Of a DNA stretch of 64,000 nucleotides, positions 47,737 to 60,786 are shown one piece after another. Within the stretch, counting starts at the first letter, position 1. Every line of letters begins with the position of its first letter. The DNA is taken from the NCBI GenBank assembly GCA_950097015.1, contig CATNEN010000011.1, positions 6,076,001 through 6,140,000 on the forward strand, given 5' to 3'. Source of the DNA: Macrostomum hystrix. Its lineage: Eukaryota; Animalia; Platyhelminthes. The notes under the pieces are model-generated. The model had not been told where the DNA came from. It saw nothing but the letters and a program-made list of their open reading frames with translations, and did no database searches. The translations under genes were made by a program, and so were the position numbers.

Positions 47737-48318
47737 CCAGTCGTGGAACTTGTTGGCGATGTTGGCGAAGCTCTTGCGGAACTCCTCCTTCCGCTCCTGG
47801 TTCTTGAGTTCGGCCTGCAGCTCCCGGTCGCGGTTCACAATGATAGCCTTGAGGTTCTCCCAGGTGCTCTGGATGTTCTCCATGGTGTACCAGGTGTAGG
47901 GGTTCAGGGTGACAGCGAACTCCTTGATCTCCTTGTCCAGCTTCTCCAGACTCTTGTAGCGCTCCTCGGAGTCCTTCAGCGACACCTTGAAGCGCTCGTG
48001 ATGCTCCCGAAGCTTCTTGACCTCCTCCAGAGAGTTGCACTGCACGGGATCCAGCAGGTCCTCTTCGGCGTTTTCGTACCAGGAGTTGAAGGCCGAAGCC
48101 TCCTTGGCGAACTGCAGGAATAGATCTTCGACGTGCTTGTAGCGCTTCTCCAGATCCTTCAGCTGGTCCCGCCTGGCTGAGGAGCCCTTCTTCAGGCCCT
48201 CCCAGCGTTGGAGCACAAAGTTCAGGCGCCGGTTGATGGCCTCGGTCTGGTCGTGCTTGGCCTCGACTAGCTGGTCGCGCAGTGACGAGATGCTCTGAAT
48301 ACCCTCCTTCTCGAAGGC
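47737..48318 (-). CDS. SPTAN1: Alpha-spectrin exon
   Basis: AFEKEGIQ...SAFNSWYENAEEDLLDPVQCNSLEE...NPYTWYTME; phase 0/0. Confidence 0.97.
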
Positions 48319-48394
48319 CTGCGACATTGTGAGAATGTAGGTTTCTTACAATTGTCACTGAGTTTTGAGCTCCAGTTTTCAGAATTTTCACAGT

Positions 48395-49240
48395 GACCCT
48401 TCATGTGAACCTTCACACCCTTCACCTGAACCAACACACCTTTCACCTGAACCAACACACCTTTCACCTGAACCAACACACCCTTCACCTGAACCTACAC
48501 ACCTTTCACCTGAACCTACACACCCTTCACCTGAACCTACACACTCTTCACCTGAACCTACACACCATTCACCTGAACCTACACACCCTTCACCTGAACC
48601 AACACACCTTTCACCTGAACCTACACACCCTTCACCTGAACCTACACACTCTTCACCTGAACCTACACACCTTTCACCTGAACCTACACACCATTCACCT
48701 GAACCTACACACTCTTCACCTGAACCTACACACCCTTCACCTGAACCTACACACCATTCACCTGAACCTACACACTCTTCACCTTAACCTACACACCCTT
48801 CGCCTGAACCAACACACCTTTCACCTGAACCTACACACCATTCACCTGAACCTACACACTCTTCACCTGAACCTACACACTCTTCACCTGAACCTACACA
48901 CCATTCACCTGAACCTACACACTCTTCACCTGAACCTACACACTCTTCACCTGAACCTACACACCCTTCACCTGAACCTACACACTCTTCACCTTAACCT
49001 ACACACCCTTCGCCTGAACCAACACACCCTTCACCTGAACCTACACACCATTCACCTGAACCTACACACTCTTCACCTGAACCTACACACTCTTCACCTG
49101 AACCTACACACCCTTCACCTGAACCTACACACCATTCACCTGAACCTACACACCATTCACCTGAACCTACACACCTTTCACCTGAACCAACACACCCTTC
49201 ACCTGAACCTACACACCCTTCACCTGAACCTACACACCCT
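48395..49240. repeat. 21-bp intronic minisatellite cacctgaacctacacaccctt
   Basis: Direct reading. Confidence 0.96.
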
Positions 49241-49286
49241 TGATAAGGACAACCTCACACCTGAGAAGCCTTCATCCCCAGCTTAC

Positions 49287-49752
49287 CTGTAGACCAGCAT
49301 CGAATGCCTCCTGTTTTGTGAGCAGGGTCTGCACGCTGCTCAGATCCCGGCCATAATCGTCGGAGCGCACAATGGACTCTTTGTCCTTGATCCAGGACTC
49401 GACAACGTCGGTCTTCCACATGAACTGCAGGAAGGCGGAGTTGTCGGCCAGCTGGCGACGCCGTTTGTCGGCCGCGTTGCGCAACACCTCCAGCTTGGCC
49501 TTGAGACCCTCGCAACGGCGCTCAATGGTGTCCTTCTGAATGTTGTCGGCGGCAATCAGCTCGTCGCCTTTGGTGCAAATCTCCTGGCAGCGCTCCTCGT
49601 GGACGTGACAGTCGGTCTCGAAGGTGTCATGCTTCTTTAGCAGGCCCTGCACCGCGGCCAGGTTGTCGCCGAGGTCGTTGGAGGACAGCAGGTGCTGCTT
49701 CTCCATGATCCAGGCCTCCTCCTCCTCCACCTGGGTGAGGAACTCGTGGTAC
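49287..49752 (-). CDS. SPTAN1: Alpha-spectrin exon
   Basis: YHEFL...EEEEAWI...SAFLQFMWKTDVVESWI...RDLSSVQTLLTKQEAFDAGLQ. Confidence 0.97.
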
Positions 49753-49997
49753 CTGGCAGTTTCAAGGTTGGGATCAACATTGTGAGCCTGTGCTACAGTC
49801 CAAGTGAAGCCGAAAATATTCAAGCTTTGGAAGCTTCACGATAGCTTGCAAACCAAATGACTGATTTTCGTGAAATTTCAAAATATCAATTAGAATTTTC
49901 CATCATTTATTCGACTAACTTTCAAAGACGCCCGACGTCAGCATCGTAAAGATATTCTGCAATTATTGTCGAAGACTCTGGTGGCTAGGACAACTAA

Positions 49998-50242
49998 GCC
50001 CGCGCGGCTATTGCGCGGCGCATTTGAAGGCTGCGTACGGCTGTTCAGTCCATGGACTGGGGGGACGCCACACCCACTTTCAATTATCCTAGCTAATGCT
50101 GGAACCCATTTAACAGCTGGGTGAACTGAAGCAATGCAGAGTTAAGTGTCTTGCTAACAGACACAAATTGTTCCAGTGGAGTCAGGAATCGAACCCCCGA
50201 CCACCAAGTCGTGAGTCCGACGCTCTAACCACTAGGCTACAA
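49998..50242 (-). mobile_element. SINE family B, near full length
   Basis: Reverse complement of the 25728-25990 copy. Confidence 0.87.
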
Positions 50243-50341
50243 ACTCCTAGCTCAGTATAATAATATCAAGGGTTCCAGAATGGATCTATGAGTTCCACGA
50301 GAGCTGGAAGATGTCAAGGTGAGATTAAACAATAGGCTCCC

Positions 50342-50535
50342 TCTCTCAGGTGCAATCCTACGCTGTCTCAGATGCAATCCTACACTGTCTCTCAGATGCA
50401 ATCCTACACTGTCTCTCAGGTGCAATCCTACACTCTCTCAGGTGCAATCCTACGCTGTCTCTCAGGTGCAATCCTACGCTGTCTCTCAGGTGCAATCCTA
50501 CGCTGTCTCTCAGGTGCAATCCTACGCTGTCTCTA
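50342..50535. repeat. 24-bp intronic minisatellite tctcaggtgcaatcctacgctgtc
   Basis: Direct reading. Confidence 0.94.
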
Positions 50536-50559
50536 ACCAGTTTTAACAATGCGACTCAC

Positions 50560-50966
50560 TTGACAGACTGATCGAGCTTCCTGGCTCGCTCAGCGGCCAG
50601 CTCCTTGAGCTCCTCCCAGTTCTCGGCCTGTTTGCGCAGCCGGTTCTCAATCTCGGCCGGGTCTTCAACTTTGCCCTCGGCGATGAGTCGCCGGCCTTCC
50701 TCCTCGACGGCCCGGATGGCGGGCTCGTGGGCGTGAATGTCGCCTTCCAGACGGCGATGCTTCTTCATGAGGTTCTGGACGCCAAGGAGATCGCGGCCGA
50801 GTTCACCGCTCTGCACTAGAATCTTCTTCTCGCGAATCCAGGCCTCTTCATCGTCCAGATTGCGGAAGAAGTCGTGCAGTTTCTTGGCCTTTTCTAGGCG
50901 GGCGGCTCGCTCGTCGCAGAGTTTCTTGATCTTCTCGTAGCGATCGTTGATGAGGTTCTTGCGTTC
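50560..50966 (-). CDS. SPTAN1: Alpha-spectrin exon
   Basis: ERKNLINDRYE...FFRNLDDEEAWIREKK...GRDLLGVQNLMKKHRRLE. Confidence 0.96.
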
Positions 50967-51344
50967 CTGTGGAGTTGTGCGAATCGCTTTAGTGAGTCGG
51001 GTAAAAGAGCGAACTAAATAATAATAACAACAGAAAGTGAAAACTTAGGAAACCGGAAACTTAACATAGCACGCAGAGTACGAGTACTACTAAGTAATAA
51101 GTAGCGGAAGCAGATTTTTATTATTATTAGACTGGTAGGGCTTGAGATGTATCTGGGGTCCAGGGCCAAGTCAGCAACACCAGACTAAGAGCAAGCGCCT
51201 GACTAATGCTTGCTTGAAGTTGCAGATCCTTCCACGCGATTTTAAAAGTTACAATTTCCCGGGATGTGGTAGCGTAGATGGGATATTTTCAGGAAAGCTT
51301 GGAGAGTTTCTAGGAAAAATAAAATAGCTTCTAGGAAAGTCTGG

Positions 51345-51735
51345 ATAGTTTCTGGAATTAGAGGGATAGTTTCTAAGAAGACAGGATAGTTTCTAAGAAA
51401 GACAGGAGAGTTTCTAAGAAAGACAAGAGAGTTTCTAAGAAAGACAGGAGATTTTCTAAGAAAGACAGGAGATTTTCTAAGAAAGACAGGAGGTTCCTAA
51501 GAAAGACAAGAAAGTTTCTAAGAAAGACAGGAGATTTTCTAAGAAGACAGGAGAGTTTCTAAGAAAGACAGGAGAGTTTCTAAGAAAGACAGGAGAGTTT
51601 CTAAGAAAGACAGGAGAGTTTCTAAGAAAGACAGGAGAGTTTCTAAGAAAGACAGGAGAGTTTCTAAGAAATACGGAGTGGTTGCTGAGAAATACGGGAT
51701 ATTTTCTTAGAAAGACGGGATAATTTTTTAGGAAA
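51345..51735. repeat. 21-bp intronic minisatellite tttctaagaaagacaggagag
   Basis: Direct reading. Confidence 0.94.
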
Positions 51736-51821
51736 GGCATTGACATACACATATGATTAGATCTATTTGAATAAAGCAGTTTCCTAGAAACGCAACATTA
51801 GGTACCAAGCGGAAGTCTCAC

Positions 51822-52180
51822 CTGCACAGCCTCTGGGTCCAGCTGTCCGGTGGGATCCTGGGCGAATCTGTCCAGATCGGCGATGCGTTCCTGATGCGAG
51901 GCGATGTCGGCGCGCAGAATCTCCTGCTTGTTGAATAGATCGTCGACCGCTCCGCTGTCGCGACCAGTCTGCTGATTGTCCAGAGCGTGCTCGGTCTCCT
52001 CCAGCCAGAATTCGATGTCCTTGATGCCGGCATTGTAGACGGCCTGTCTGTTGGCCTCGTTGAGCTTCTCGCTTTTGTCCTCGGCGCGTTTGTTCAGCTC
52101 CTTCCAACCGTTTTGCAGGTTGTCCACCTGATCCTTGACAGCCTCCTCCTGACCCATGCACTGGCCATTGTCGATCAGCT
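51822..52180 (-). CDS. SPTAN1: Alpha-spectrin exon
   Basis: KSEKLNEANRQAVYNAGIKDIEFWLEE. Confidence 0.96.
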
Positions 52181-53029
52181 CTGAAAGTAAAAAAAATAAA
52201 TGTAGGCGATCATTTACTAACGTTGCCTACTTACAGTAGAGTAGTAGGAAGATTAAACGCAAAATAAACTGTTTTATCTCAAAATTGAAGCAAATTGTAC
52301 TTTTAAGAATTTTATTTATTATTTTCATTGAGGCGAAAATGCTTTAGTCCAAGAGTCACTATTAGACAAAGTGTTAGACAGAGTTAAATGTGTTAGACAG
52401 ATAGAAACTGTTAGAAGCATTTTATTTAACTATCCTAGATTTCCTTATAATCATGTATTGTATGTATTCCTAAGCATTTGCATACGCAGTTGAATGCTAA
52501 GCATGTCGCGGGTCACACGCAATTTAAATTAATGCAGCTATAAAACTAAGCAACTTCACTGAAGCAATTAATTTAATGTTTCAGTCAATCTTTTTCCATG
52601 CGAACACAAGCGAGTATAAACTAACTAAACAGGGCAATGGACAACCAATAAAACATTCAACCCGCTCCTGTTTTGTATAAATAAAGAATCTAGAAAAACT
52701 GTTGCGTTTTAACACAATTTTCTAGAACTAAACAGTGCCTAGAAGCCAGATCAGACTAGCTTTGCAGATTTACGAATTGGCGTGTAACACTAGATTATAC
52801 AATTCACTATGCGGTGCTAGGGAGATAAGCTTAACACTGGTGAGGGCAGCAATAAACAAAAACAGATTGATTCTATATAGATAGACTGTCCAGATGTGTG
52901 AATAGCATTCATTTGCATTCAGTCCATAGCACTCGCAAGCATTCTTGCAAGAGAGAAAAAATGAGAAAACTAGAATAATAACTAATTAACTACGCCACGC
53001 ATACAGACAATTTAGTATTTCAGACAACC

Positions 53030-53550
53030 TGAGAGTGAGAGAGTCAGAACTGTTAGACAGAGAGTCAGAACTGTTAGACAGAGAGTCAGAACTGTTAGAC
53101 AGAGAGTCAGAACTGTTAGACAGAGAGTCAGAACTGTTAGACAGAGAGTCAGAACTGTTAGACAGAGAGTCAGAACTGTTAGACAGAGAGTCAGAACTGT
53201 TAGACAGAGAGTCAGAACTGTTAGACAGAGAGTCAGAACTGTTAGACAGAGAGTCAGAACTGTTAGACAGAGAGTCAGAACTGTTAGACAGTGAGTCATA
53301 ACTGTTAGACAGAGAGTCATAACTGTTAGACAGTGAGTCAGAACTGTTAGACAGTGAGTCAGAACTGTTAGACAGTGAGTCATAACTGTTAGACAGTGAG
53401 TCAGAACTGTTAGACAGTGAGTCAGAACTGTTAGACAGTGAGTCATAACTGTTATAAGTGTTAGACAGAGAGTCATAACTGTTAGACAGAGAGTCAGAAC
53501 TGTTAGACAGAGGGTCAGAACTGTTAGACAGTGTCAGAACTGTTAGACAA
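53030..53550. repeat. 21-bp intronic minisatellite gagagtcagaactgttagaca
   Basis: Direct reading. Confidence 0.96.
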
Positions 53551-54234
53551 AATAGTGAAAGCTGTTATATCGAGAGCTCGGCAGTTAGACATAGGGTCTG
53601 GATTTCGCAAGCATTGAGGGGCAGCCAGCCACAGTCACGCCCAGACAAGACAATATTTTTATTTCACAAAGAGAAAGAATGAATTTTTTTGGGTGTGTGC
53701 CAAACGAAAGAGAATAAGAAGAGCAGAAAAGATACTAAAGTTTAGTTTAAGGGCAAGAGCGTTGGGTAACTCTGGTGGATGAGTCAGACACACACATTCA
53801 CACGCACGCAGACACAATAATTTATGCGCAGCAACAAACCAAGTGTTCGTAGTTGGAGGCTAGATTCAAACGGACACAGGAATAGGACCAGGACCCAGTA
53901 GTGGAATAGGGAAGAGAGAGTATCCCCTATGGGATAGGGGATTTATTGATCGATCGGAGTGGCCACTCAGTACAATCGCCATGGCTAGGGAGAGGGCGAG
54001 GCACCAGGGCACTGTACGAGGAGCTTAGGTTCGACTGGAAAGAAATAGCAAAAGCAGCCAAGGGATTTTTTACCCCCTGCAGTGAGGAGTGGGCATTGGG
54101 CTGGAATGGCGAGGGTACACACAGACAGAAATTCCAGGAATTACGAAAAGGTATTAGTCATGCTGAATAGTCAACTAATACTGTTAATGAACTTTATAGT
54201 TAGAAAAATGACTGCACATAATAACAATACTAAA

Positions 54235-55180
54235 GAGGTGAGATTCAGAGAGACTAAAGAGGGGAGATTCAGAGAGACTGAAGAGGTGAGATTCAGAGAG
54301 ACTGAAGAGGGGAGATTCAGAAAGACTGAAGAGGTGAGATTCAGAGAGACTGAGGTGAGATTCAGAGAGACTGAAGAGGTGAGTTTCAGAAACTGAGGAT
54401 AAGATTTAGAAACTGAGGATGAGATTCAGAAACTGAAGGGTGAGATTCAGAAAATGAGGTCTGAGACTCAAAGACTGATAGGTGAGACTCAGAAACTGAT
54501 GGGTGAGACTCAGAAACTGATGGGTGAGATTCAGAAACTGATGGGTGAGACTCAGAAACTGAGGATGAGATTCAGAAACTGAGAATGAGATTTAGAAACT
54601 GAGGCTGAGATTCAGAAACTGAAGGGTGAGATTCAGAAAATGAGGGGTGAGACTCAAAGACTGATGGGTGAGACTCAAAGACTGATGGGTGAGACTCAGA
54701 GACTGATGGGTGAGACTCAGAAACTGATGGGTGAGACTCAAAGACTGATGGGTGAGACTCAAAGACTGATGGGTGAGACTCAGAGACTGATGGGTGAGAC
54801 TCAGAGACTGATGGGTGAGACTCAGAAACTGATGGGTGAGACTCAAAGACTGATGGGTGAGACTCAAAGACTGATGGGTGAGACTCAAAGACTGATGGGT
54901 GAGACTCAGAGACTGATGGGTGAGACTCAGAGACTGATGGGTGAGACTCAGAGACTGATGGGTGAGACTCAGAGACTGATGGGTGAGACTCAGAGACTGA
55001 TGGGTGAGACTCAGAGACTGATGGGTGAGACTCAGAGACTGATGGGTGAGACTCAGAGACTGATGGGTGAGACTCAGAGACTGATGGGTGAGACTCAGAG
55101 ACTGATGGGTGAGACTCAAAGACTGATGGGTGAGACTCAGAGAATGATGGGTGAGACTCAAAGACTGATGGGTGAGATTC
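54235..55180. repeat. 21-bp intronic minisatellite gagactcagagactgatgggt with a degenerate left part
   Basis: Direct reading. Confidence 0.96.
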
Positions 55181-55213
55181 GCGGGGAGGGTCAGCAGAGA
55201 GACAGGAACTCAC

Positions 55214-55922
55214 TCTGTCCATTCTCCACCACGCCGCGCAGTCTGTCAGCATTGGCAGCCAGCTCAGCTACAAAGGCCTGATGCTTCTGGTACTTGGCCT
55301 GCACGTTGGCAATCTTGGCGCTATCCTTGTAGGACTCGTCGCCAACCGACTGCAGCTTCTCGTTGATCCAGATGTTCATCTCTTCGGCGTCGCGGATGAA
55401 GTCCTGCAGATTGCGCACGTCGCCAAGCTTGGCGCGGTCGGCTTCCATGGCCTTCTTGAGCGAGCCCCAGCGGGCCAGCACCTCCTGCTTCTTGTTCTCG
55501 ATGCCATCGCTGTCGTAGTGCTGACTATTGCGCAGCGAGTCAGCCTGAGCCACCATGGTCTTGATCTTGTCCTCCTGAATCTTGATGGCCCGATCCAGAT
55601 CTTCGTGCTTCTTCATCAGCACGTCAACGGTTTTGTCGCCTTCCACGGCGCTGTCGGCCTGTCGAATGGAGCCCTCGCGAATGGTCATCCACTCCTCCAG
55701 CTGCTCGCACTCTCTCAGGTAGTATTGAAGGTCCAGATTCTCGCCGAGAAGTTTACTGCGGTCCTCCCAGGCTGTGCCCAGCTGCTTCTGCAGTTTAGCC
55801 AGCTCGTCCATTCGCTCTTTGATCTCGTCCGAGGCGTAGTGACCCCGATCTAGCAGGCTGTTGCCGTAGTTCTCGAAGTTGTTGAATGTACCCTTCCTGG
55901 CCTCAATCTCAACTTTGTGCTC
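55214..55922 (-). CDS. SPTAN1: Alpha-spectrin exon
   Basis: EHKVEIEARKGTF...KYQKHQAFVAELAANADRLRGV. Confidence 0.97.
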
Positions 55923-56069
55923 CTGCATATTCAGTGTGTGTGTTGGGTCAGTGAGTAAGTGAGTAAGTAGCTTAATTTGTAAACTTTTGAAATTCTATTT
56001 TTATGCAATTTTGTCAACAAAAACTGAAAAAAAAACATGACATGAGAGTAATTTCATTAAACATAACTT

Positions 56070-56825
56070 GGATGAGAGTCAGGACAGTCGTGAAGGAGAG
56101 ATCAGGGATGAGAGTCAGGACAGTCGTGAAGGAGAGATCAGGGATGAGAGTCAGGACAGTCCCTGATCTCTGAAGGGGGCGGAGTCAGAGATCAGGGATG
56201 AGAGTCAGGACAGTCATGAAGGAGAGATCAGGGATGAGAGTCAGGACAGTCATGAAGGAGAGAGCAGGGATGAGAGTCAGAGATCAGGGATGAGAGTCAG
56301 AGATCAGGGATGAGAGTCAGGACAGTCATGAAGGAGAGAGCAGGGATGAGAGTCAGAGATCAGGGATGAGAGTCAGGACAGTCATGAAGGAGAGAGCAGG
56401 GATGAGAGTCAGAGATCAGGGATGAGAGTCAGAGATCAGGGATGAGAGTCAGGACAGTCATGAAGGAGAGAGCAGGGATGAGAGTCAGAGATCAGGGATG
56501 AGAGTCAGAGATCAGGGATGAGAGTCAGGACAGTCATGAAGGAGAGAGCAGGGATGAGAGTCAGAGATCAGGGATGAGAGTCAGAGATCAGGGATGAGAG
56601 TCAGAGATCAGGGATGAGAGTCAGAGATCAGGGATGAGAGTCAGAGATCAGGGATGAGAGTCAGAGATCAGGGATGAGAGTCAGGACAGTCCCTGATCTC
56701 TGAAGGGGGCGGAGTCAGAGATCAGGGATGAGAGTCGGAGATCAGGGATGAGAGTCAGAGATCAGGGATGAGAGTCAGAGATCAGGGATGAGAGTCAGAG
56801 ATCAGGGATGAGAGTCAGGACACTC
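56070..56825. repeat. 20-bp intronic minisatellite gagatcagggatgagagtca with longer variant units
   Basis: Direct reading. Confidence 0.95.
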
Positions 56826-57847
56826 ATGAACTCAAATGGAGCTGTTGTTCTACTCAAACAAACAACCGCAAACAGGCAAAATACAGCTAAAAATCTTTTA
56901 ATAAATAAACGAATAAACAAATCATAAAAACTAGATTACGTATAACAGAGTGGCAGCCATGTCCAATGTGTCTGCATTTATTAGCTGAAAACGGTTTTCA
57001 TGGAAACTACTAGTTATATTACTTCAGCTGTAGAAATTGCGGAGAAGAGAAAAAAACAAAAAGAGCAATTAAGGACTATAGCTAGACAGGCTAGGAGACT
57101 CTGGTACTATGAAAATGGACAGTCCGTTAGTCATTTTGTTAGTTACATATTAGATAAAAAGTACATTTGATTCATAAACAAACCGAATTACAACAAACAG
57201 TTAGGCATGCAGTCTTGCGCAATTCGATTTTGTACTTTTAACTCTCTTAAACAATAGAGAATTTTCTTGAAATAATACAAGGGGTAGTTTTACAAGTTTA
57301 TATAGAATTTATTAATGTAATGCTGAGGTGAAGTTTTCTAGGTAAAAATATTTATAGGACGGTGGCCATAGGCCTTCAATGCTAGGAGATTATTATAAGC
57401 CTGAGGATTATAAATCAATGCCAGTACGCAGGGGACAGACTAGCAATGCGTGATGAGGATAATTAGCTAATTATCTGAGGGGAGGTACCTGAGGTGGCGC
57501 CAGTTGAGCAATCCGGCTGCTAATCTCTGCCGCCAAATCCTGTAGCATCGTGTCCAGCAGTGCGATTCGTTAATATCATGTTTAACATTAATAATTAGTT
57601 TGATTTGTCATTAATAAGGCACACAGTTCAGTACTGTCAGTGTCAAACTCAGTCTGACATTCAATCTCAAAACGACATAACGGTTATTCATACAAAACCG
57701 ATTTATTTTAGTTTTCTGGTGCGTTGAAGTGCATTCTGCATTGTGCATTGTGCGAGTGTGTTTTAGGTAGGAAAAGTAAGCTGTTAGACATTGTGCGGCA
57801 GAGCAAAAGTGATGAAACCAGCATTTACTGTATTATTTTATCTGAAC

Positions 57848-58190
57848 GGGCGGAGACCTATCCGAAGGGCGCGGAGATCTATCTGAAGGGGGTGGAGATC
57901 TATCTGAAGGGGGCGGAGATATATCTGAAGGGGGCGGAGACCTATCTGAAGGGGGCGGACATCTATCTGAAGGTGGCGGAGACCTATCTGAAGGGGCGGA
58001 GATCTATCTGAAGGGGGCGGAGATCTATCTGAAGGGGGCGGAGATCTATCTGATCTGAAGGGGCGGATATCTATCTGAAGGGGCGGAGACCTATCTAAAG
58101 GGGGCGGAGACCTATCTGAAGGGGCGGAGATCTATCTGAAGGGGGCGGAGACCTATCTGAAGGGGCGGAGATCTATACAAAGGGGGCGGT
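57848..58190. repeat. 21-bp intronic minisatellite ggcggagatctatctgaaggg
   Basis: Direct reading. Confidence 0.94.
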
Positions 58191-58389
58191 AACAGTTTAA
58201 AATCAACCTTTTTGCCACAAGTCGCGCCTTATAAACCTTATAATAATTATTAATAAAAAACATAGGCGTGACAAGACATTTTCAACACGGAAAGGAACAC
58301 TTATTACCCGACGGAGATAAAAATTGTTTGATGCCTTGCTCAGCATCACCAGCTATTTATTATCGCATATTAAAAAATGAAATTCATAC

Positions 58390-58489
58390 CGAGTGACGCT
58401 CCAGCAGGGCCTCTGCGCTGGTGATGTCGTGCGCCAATTCGTCGGAGGACACCAGGGCCATCATTGTGTCGATCCAGGACTTCAGGTCG
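58390..58489 (-). CDS. SPTAN1: Alpha-spectrin 100-nt exon (absent from the ORF track)
   Basis: RDLKSWIDTMMALVSSDELAHDITSAEALLERHS; phases fit both neighbours. Confidence 0.95.
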
Positions 58490-58629
58490 CTGTTGGTTGC
58501 GGGTTCGTTGGTGAGAATTAAAGAATCTGATTGACTGCGTGACTAAAAGTAAATTGATCAGACCATTCTGCAATTTACAATTTAAACACAGACCATAGTT
58601 ATCAGATCAATCTGTAAAAAAGATAAGAA

Positions 58630-59295
58630 CAAATTGATCAAACCAATCTGTACAGACAAAGAGACCAGATTGATCAAACTAATCTGTACAGACAGAGACC
58701 AGATTGATCAAACCAATCTGTACAGACAAAGAGACCAGATTGATCAAACGAATCTGTACAGACAGAGACCAGATTGATCAAACCAATCTGTACAGACAAA
58801 GAGACCAGATTGATCAAACCAATCTGTACAGACAAAGAGACCAGATTGATCAAACCAATCTGTACAGACAAAGAGACCAGATTGATCAAACCAATCTGTA
58901 CAGACAAAGAGACCAGATTGATCAAACTAATCTGTACAGACAGAGACCAGATTGATCAAACCAATCTGTACAGACAAAGAGACCAGATTGATCAAACCAA
59001 TCTGTACAGACAAAGAGACCAGATTGATCAAACTAATCTGTACAGACAAAGAGACCAGATTGATCAAACCAATCTGTACAGACAAAGAGACCAGATTGAT
59101 CAAACCAATCTGTACAGACAAAGAGACCAGATTGATCAAACCAATCTGTACAGACAAAGAGACCAGATTGATCAAACCAATCTGTACAGACAAAGAGACC
59201 AGATTGATCAAACCAATCTGTACAGACAAAGAGACCAGATTGATCAAACCAATCTGTACGGACCAGACAGAACAAATTGATCAGACCAATCAGTG
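58630..59295. repeat. 34-36-bp intronic minisatellite gagaccagattgatcaaaccaatctgtacagacaaa
   Basis: Direct reading; internal cagattg/caatctg hairpin. Confidence 0.96.
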
Positions 59296-59306
59296 ACGGT
59301 TCTCAC

Positions 59307-59890
59307 CGGTAATCAGCCATTAATCGCTGCAGCTCCTCAGAGGCCTCGAGTTTAGTTTTGCGCATGTCGGCCCGCCCAGTGAGGTCACGCCATTTGCCCA
59401 GCACTTCGTCCAGGTGGTCAGTGATGGCGTTCATCTCCTCCGGATGCTCCTTGGTGAGCTGGGAGGCCTTGGCATCAAGGTCGCGGATTCGCTCATCCAG
59501 AGCGTTCAGATCACGCTCCAGGGCGGCGTGCTTTCGGCGCAGTCGCTGAACGGACGGCAGATCCTTGCCAACATCGTCAACAGACACAACCATCTCTTTC
59601 TCGTTGATCCATTCGGCGGTTTCGTCTAGATCGCGATGGAACAGCTGCACAGCGTGGCACTTCTCCAATTGGTTAGCCTTCTCCTGAGTCATGGCGTCAA
59701 GGGCTGTCCAGCGCTGGCTCAGGTTCTCAACTTGAGTTGTGATCTTCTCAACAGCCTCAGTCTGGCCTAGAAGGGTCAGCTGCTCTGCAACATTCTTCAG
59801 ATCTTCAATCTTCTTCTTTTTCTCTTCCTTGTTCTTCAGCATGTCGTTAAAGCGCTTCTGCTGCTCCTCGACCTTGTCGAAAACTTCCTC
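59307..59890 (-). CDS. SPTAN1: Alpha-spectrin exon
   Basis: VQLFHRDLDETAEWINEKE...KDLPSVQRLRRKHAALERDL. Confidence 0.96.
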
Positions 59891-59947
59891 CTGTTGGGAT
59901 AAGTTGGCGACTCGCTTTTAAAAATATCTTGCGTAGACTGAAACTTG

Positions 59948-60752
59948 ATAGACCTACTGTCAGGCTGACCCACTGACACAGACACCTACTGTCGGGCTGA
60001 CCCACTGACACAGACACCTACTGTCAGGCTGACCCACTGACACAGACACCTACTGTCAGGCTGACCCACTGACACAGACACCTACTGTCAGGCTGACCCA
60101 CTGACACAGACACCTACTGTCAGACTGACCCACTGACACAGACACCTACTGTCAGGCTGACCCACTGACACAGACACCTACTGTCAGGCTGACCCACTGA
60201 CACAGACACCTACTGTCAGGCTGACCCACTGACACAGACACCTACTGTCAGGCTGACCCACTGACACAGACACCTACTGTCAGGCTGACCCACTGACACA
60301 GACACCTACTGTCAGGCTGACCCACTGACACAGACACCTACTGTCAGGCTGACCCACTGACACAGACACCTACTGTCAGGCTGACCCACTGACACAGACA
60401 CCTACTGTCAGGCTGACCCACTGACACAGACACCTACTGTCAGACTGACCCACTGACACAGACACCTACTGTCAGGCTGACCCACTGACACAGACACCTA
60501 CTGTCAGGCTGACCCACTGACACAGACACCTACTGTCAGACTGACCCACTGACACAGACACCTACTGTCAGGCTGACCCACTGACACAGACACCTACTGT
60601 CAGGCTGACCCACTGACACAGACACCTAATGTCAGGCTGACCCACTGAGTCCCACTGACACAGACACCTACTGTCAGACTGACCCACTGACACAGACACC
60701 TACTGTCAGACTGACCCACTGACACAGACACCTAATGTCAGGCTGACCCACT
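59948..60752. repeat. 32-bp intronic minisatellite gacacctactgtcaggctgacccactgacaca
   Basis: Direct reading; internal tgtcag/ctgaca inverted repeat. Confidence 0.97.
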
Positions 60753-60786
60753 GGCAGAGATTAGGGCATAACGAGCTCGCGCTCAC

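Noticed and set aside
48365-49292. His- or Pro-rich repeat proteins (HLNLHTL, SPEPTH) and similar ORFs at 6.7, 18.2, 29.4, 35.7, 53.0, 54.6 and 58.7 kb
   Set aside because: All coincide with tandem arrays whose unit length is a multiple of 3 or lacks stops; most lie in introns of supported genes.
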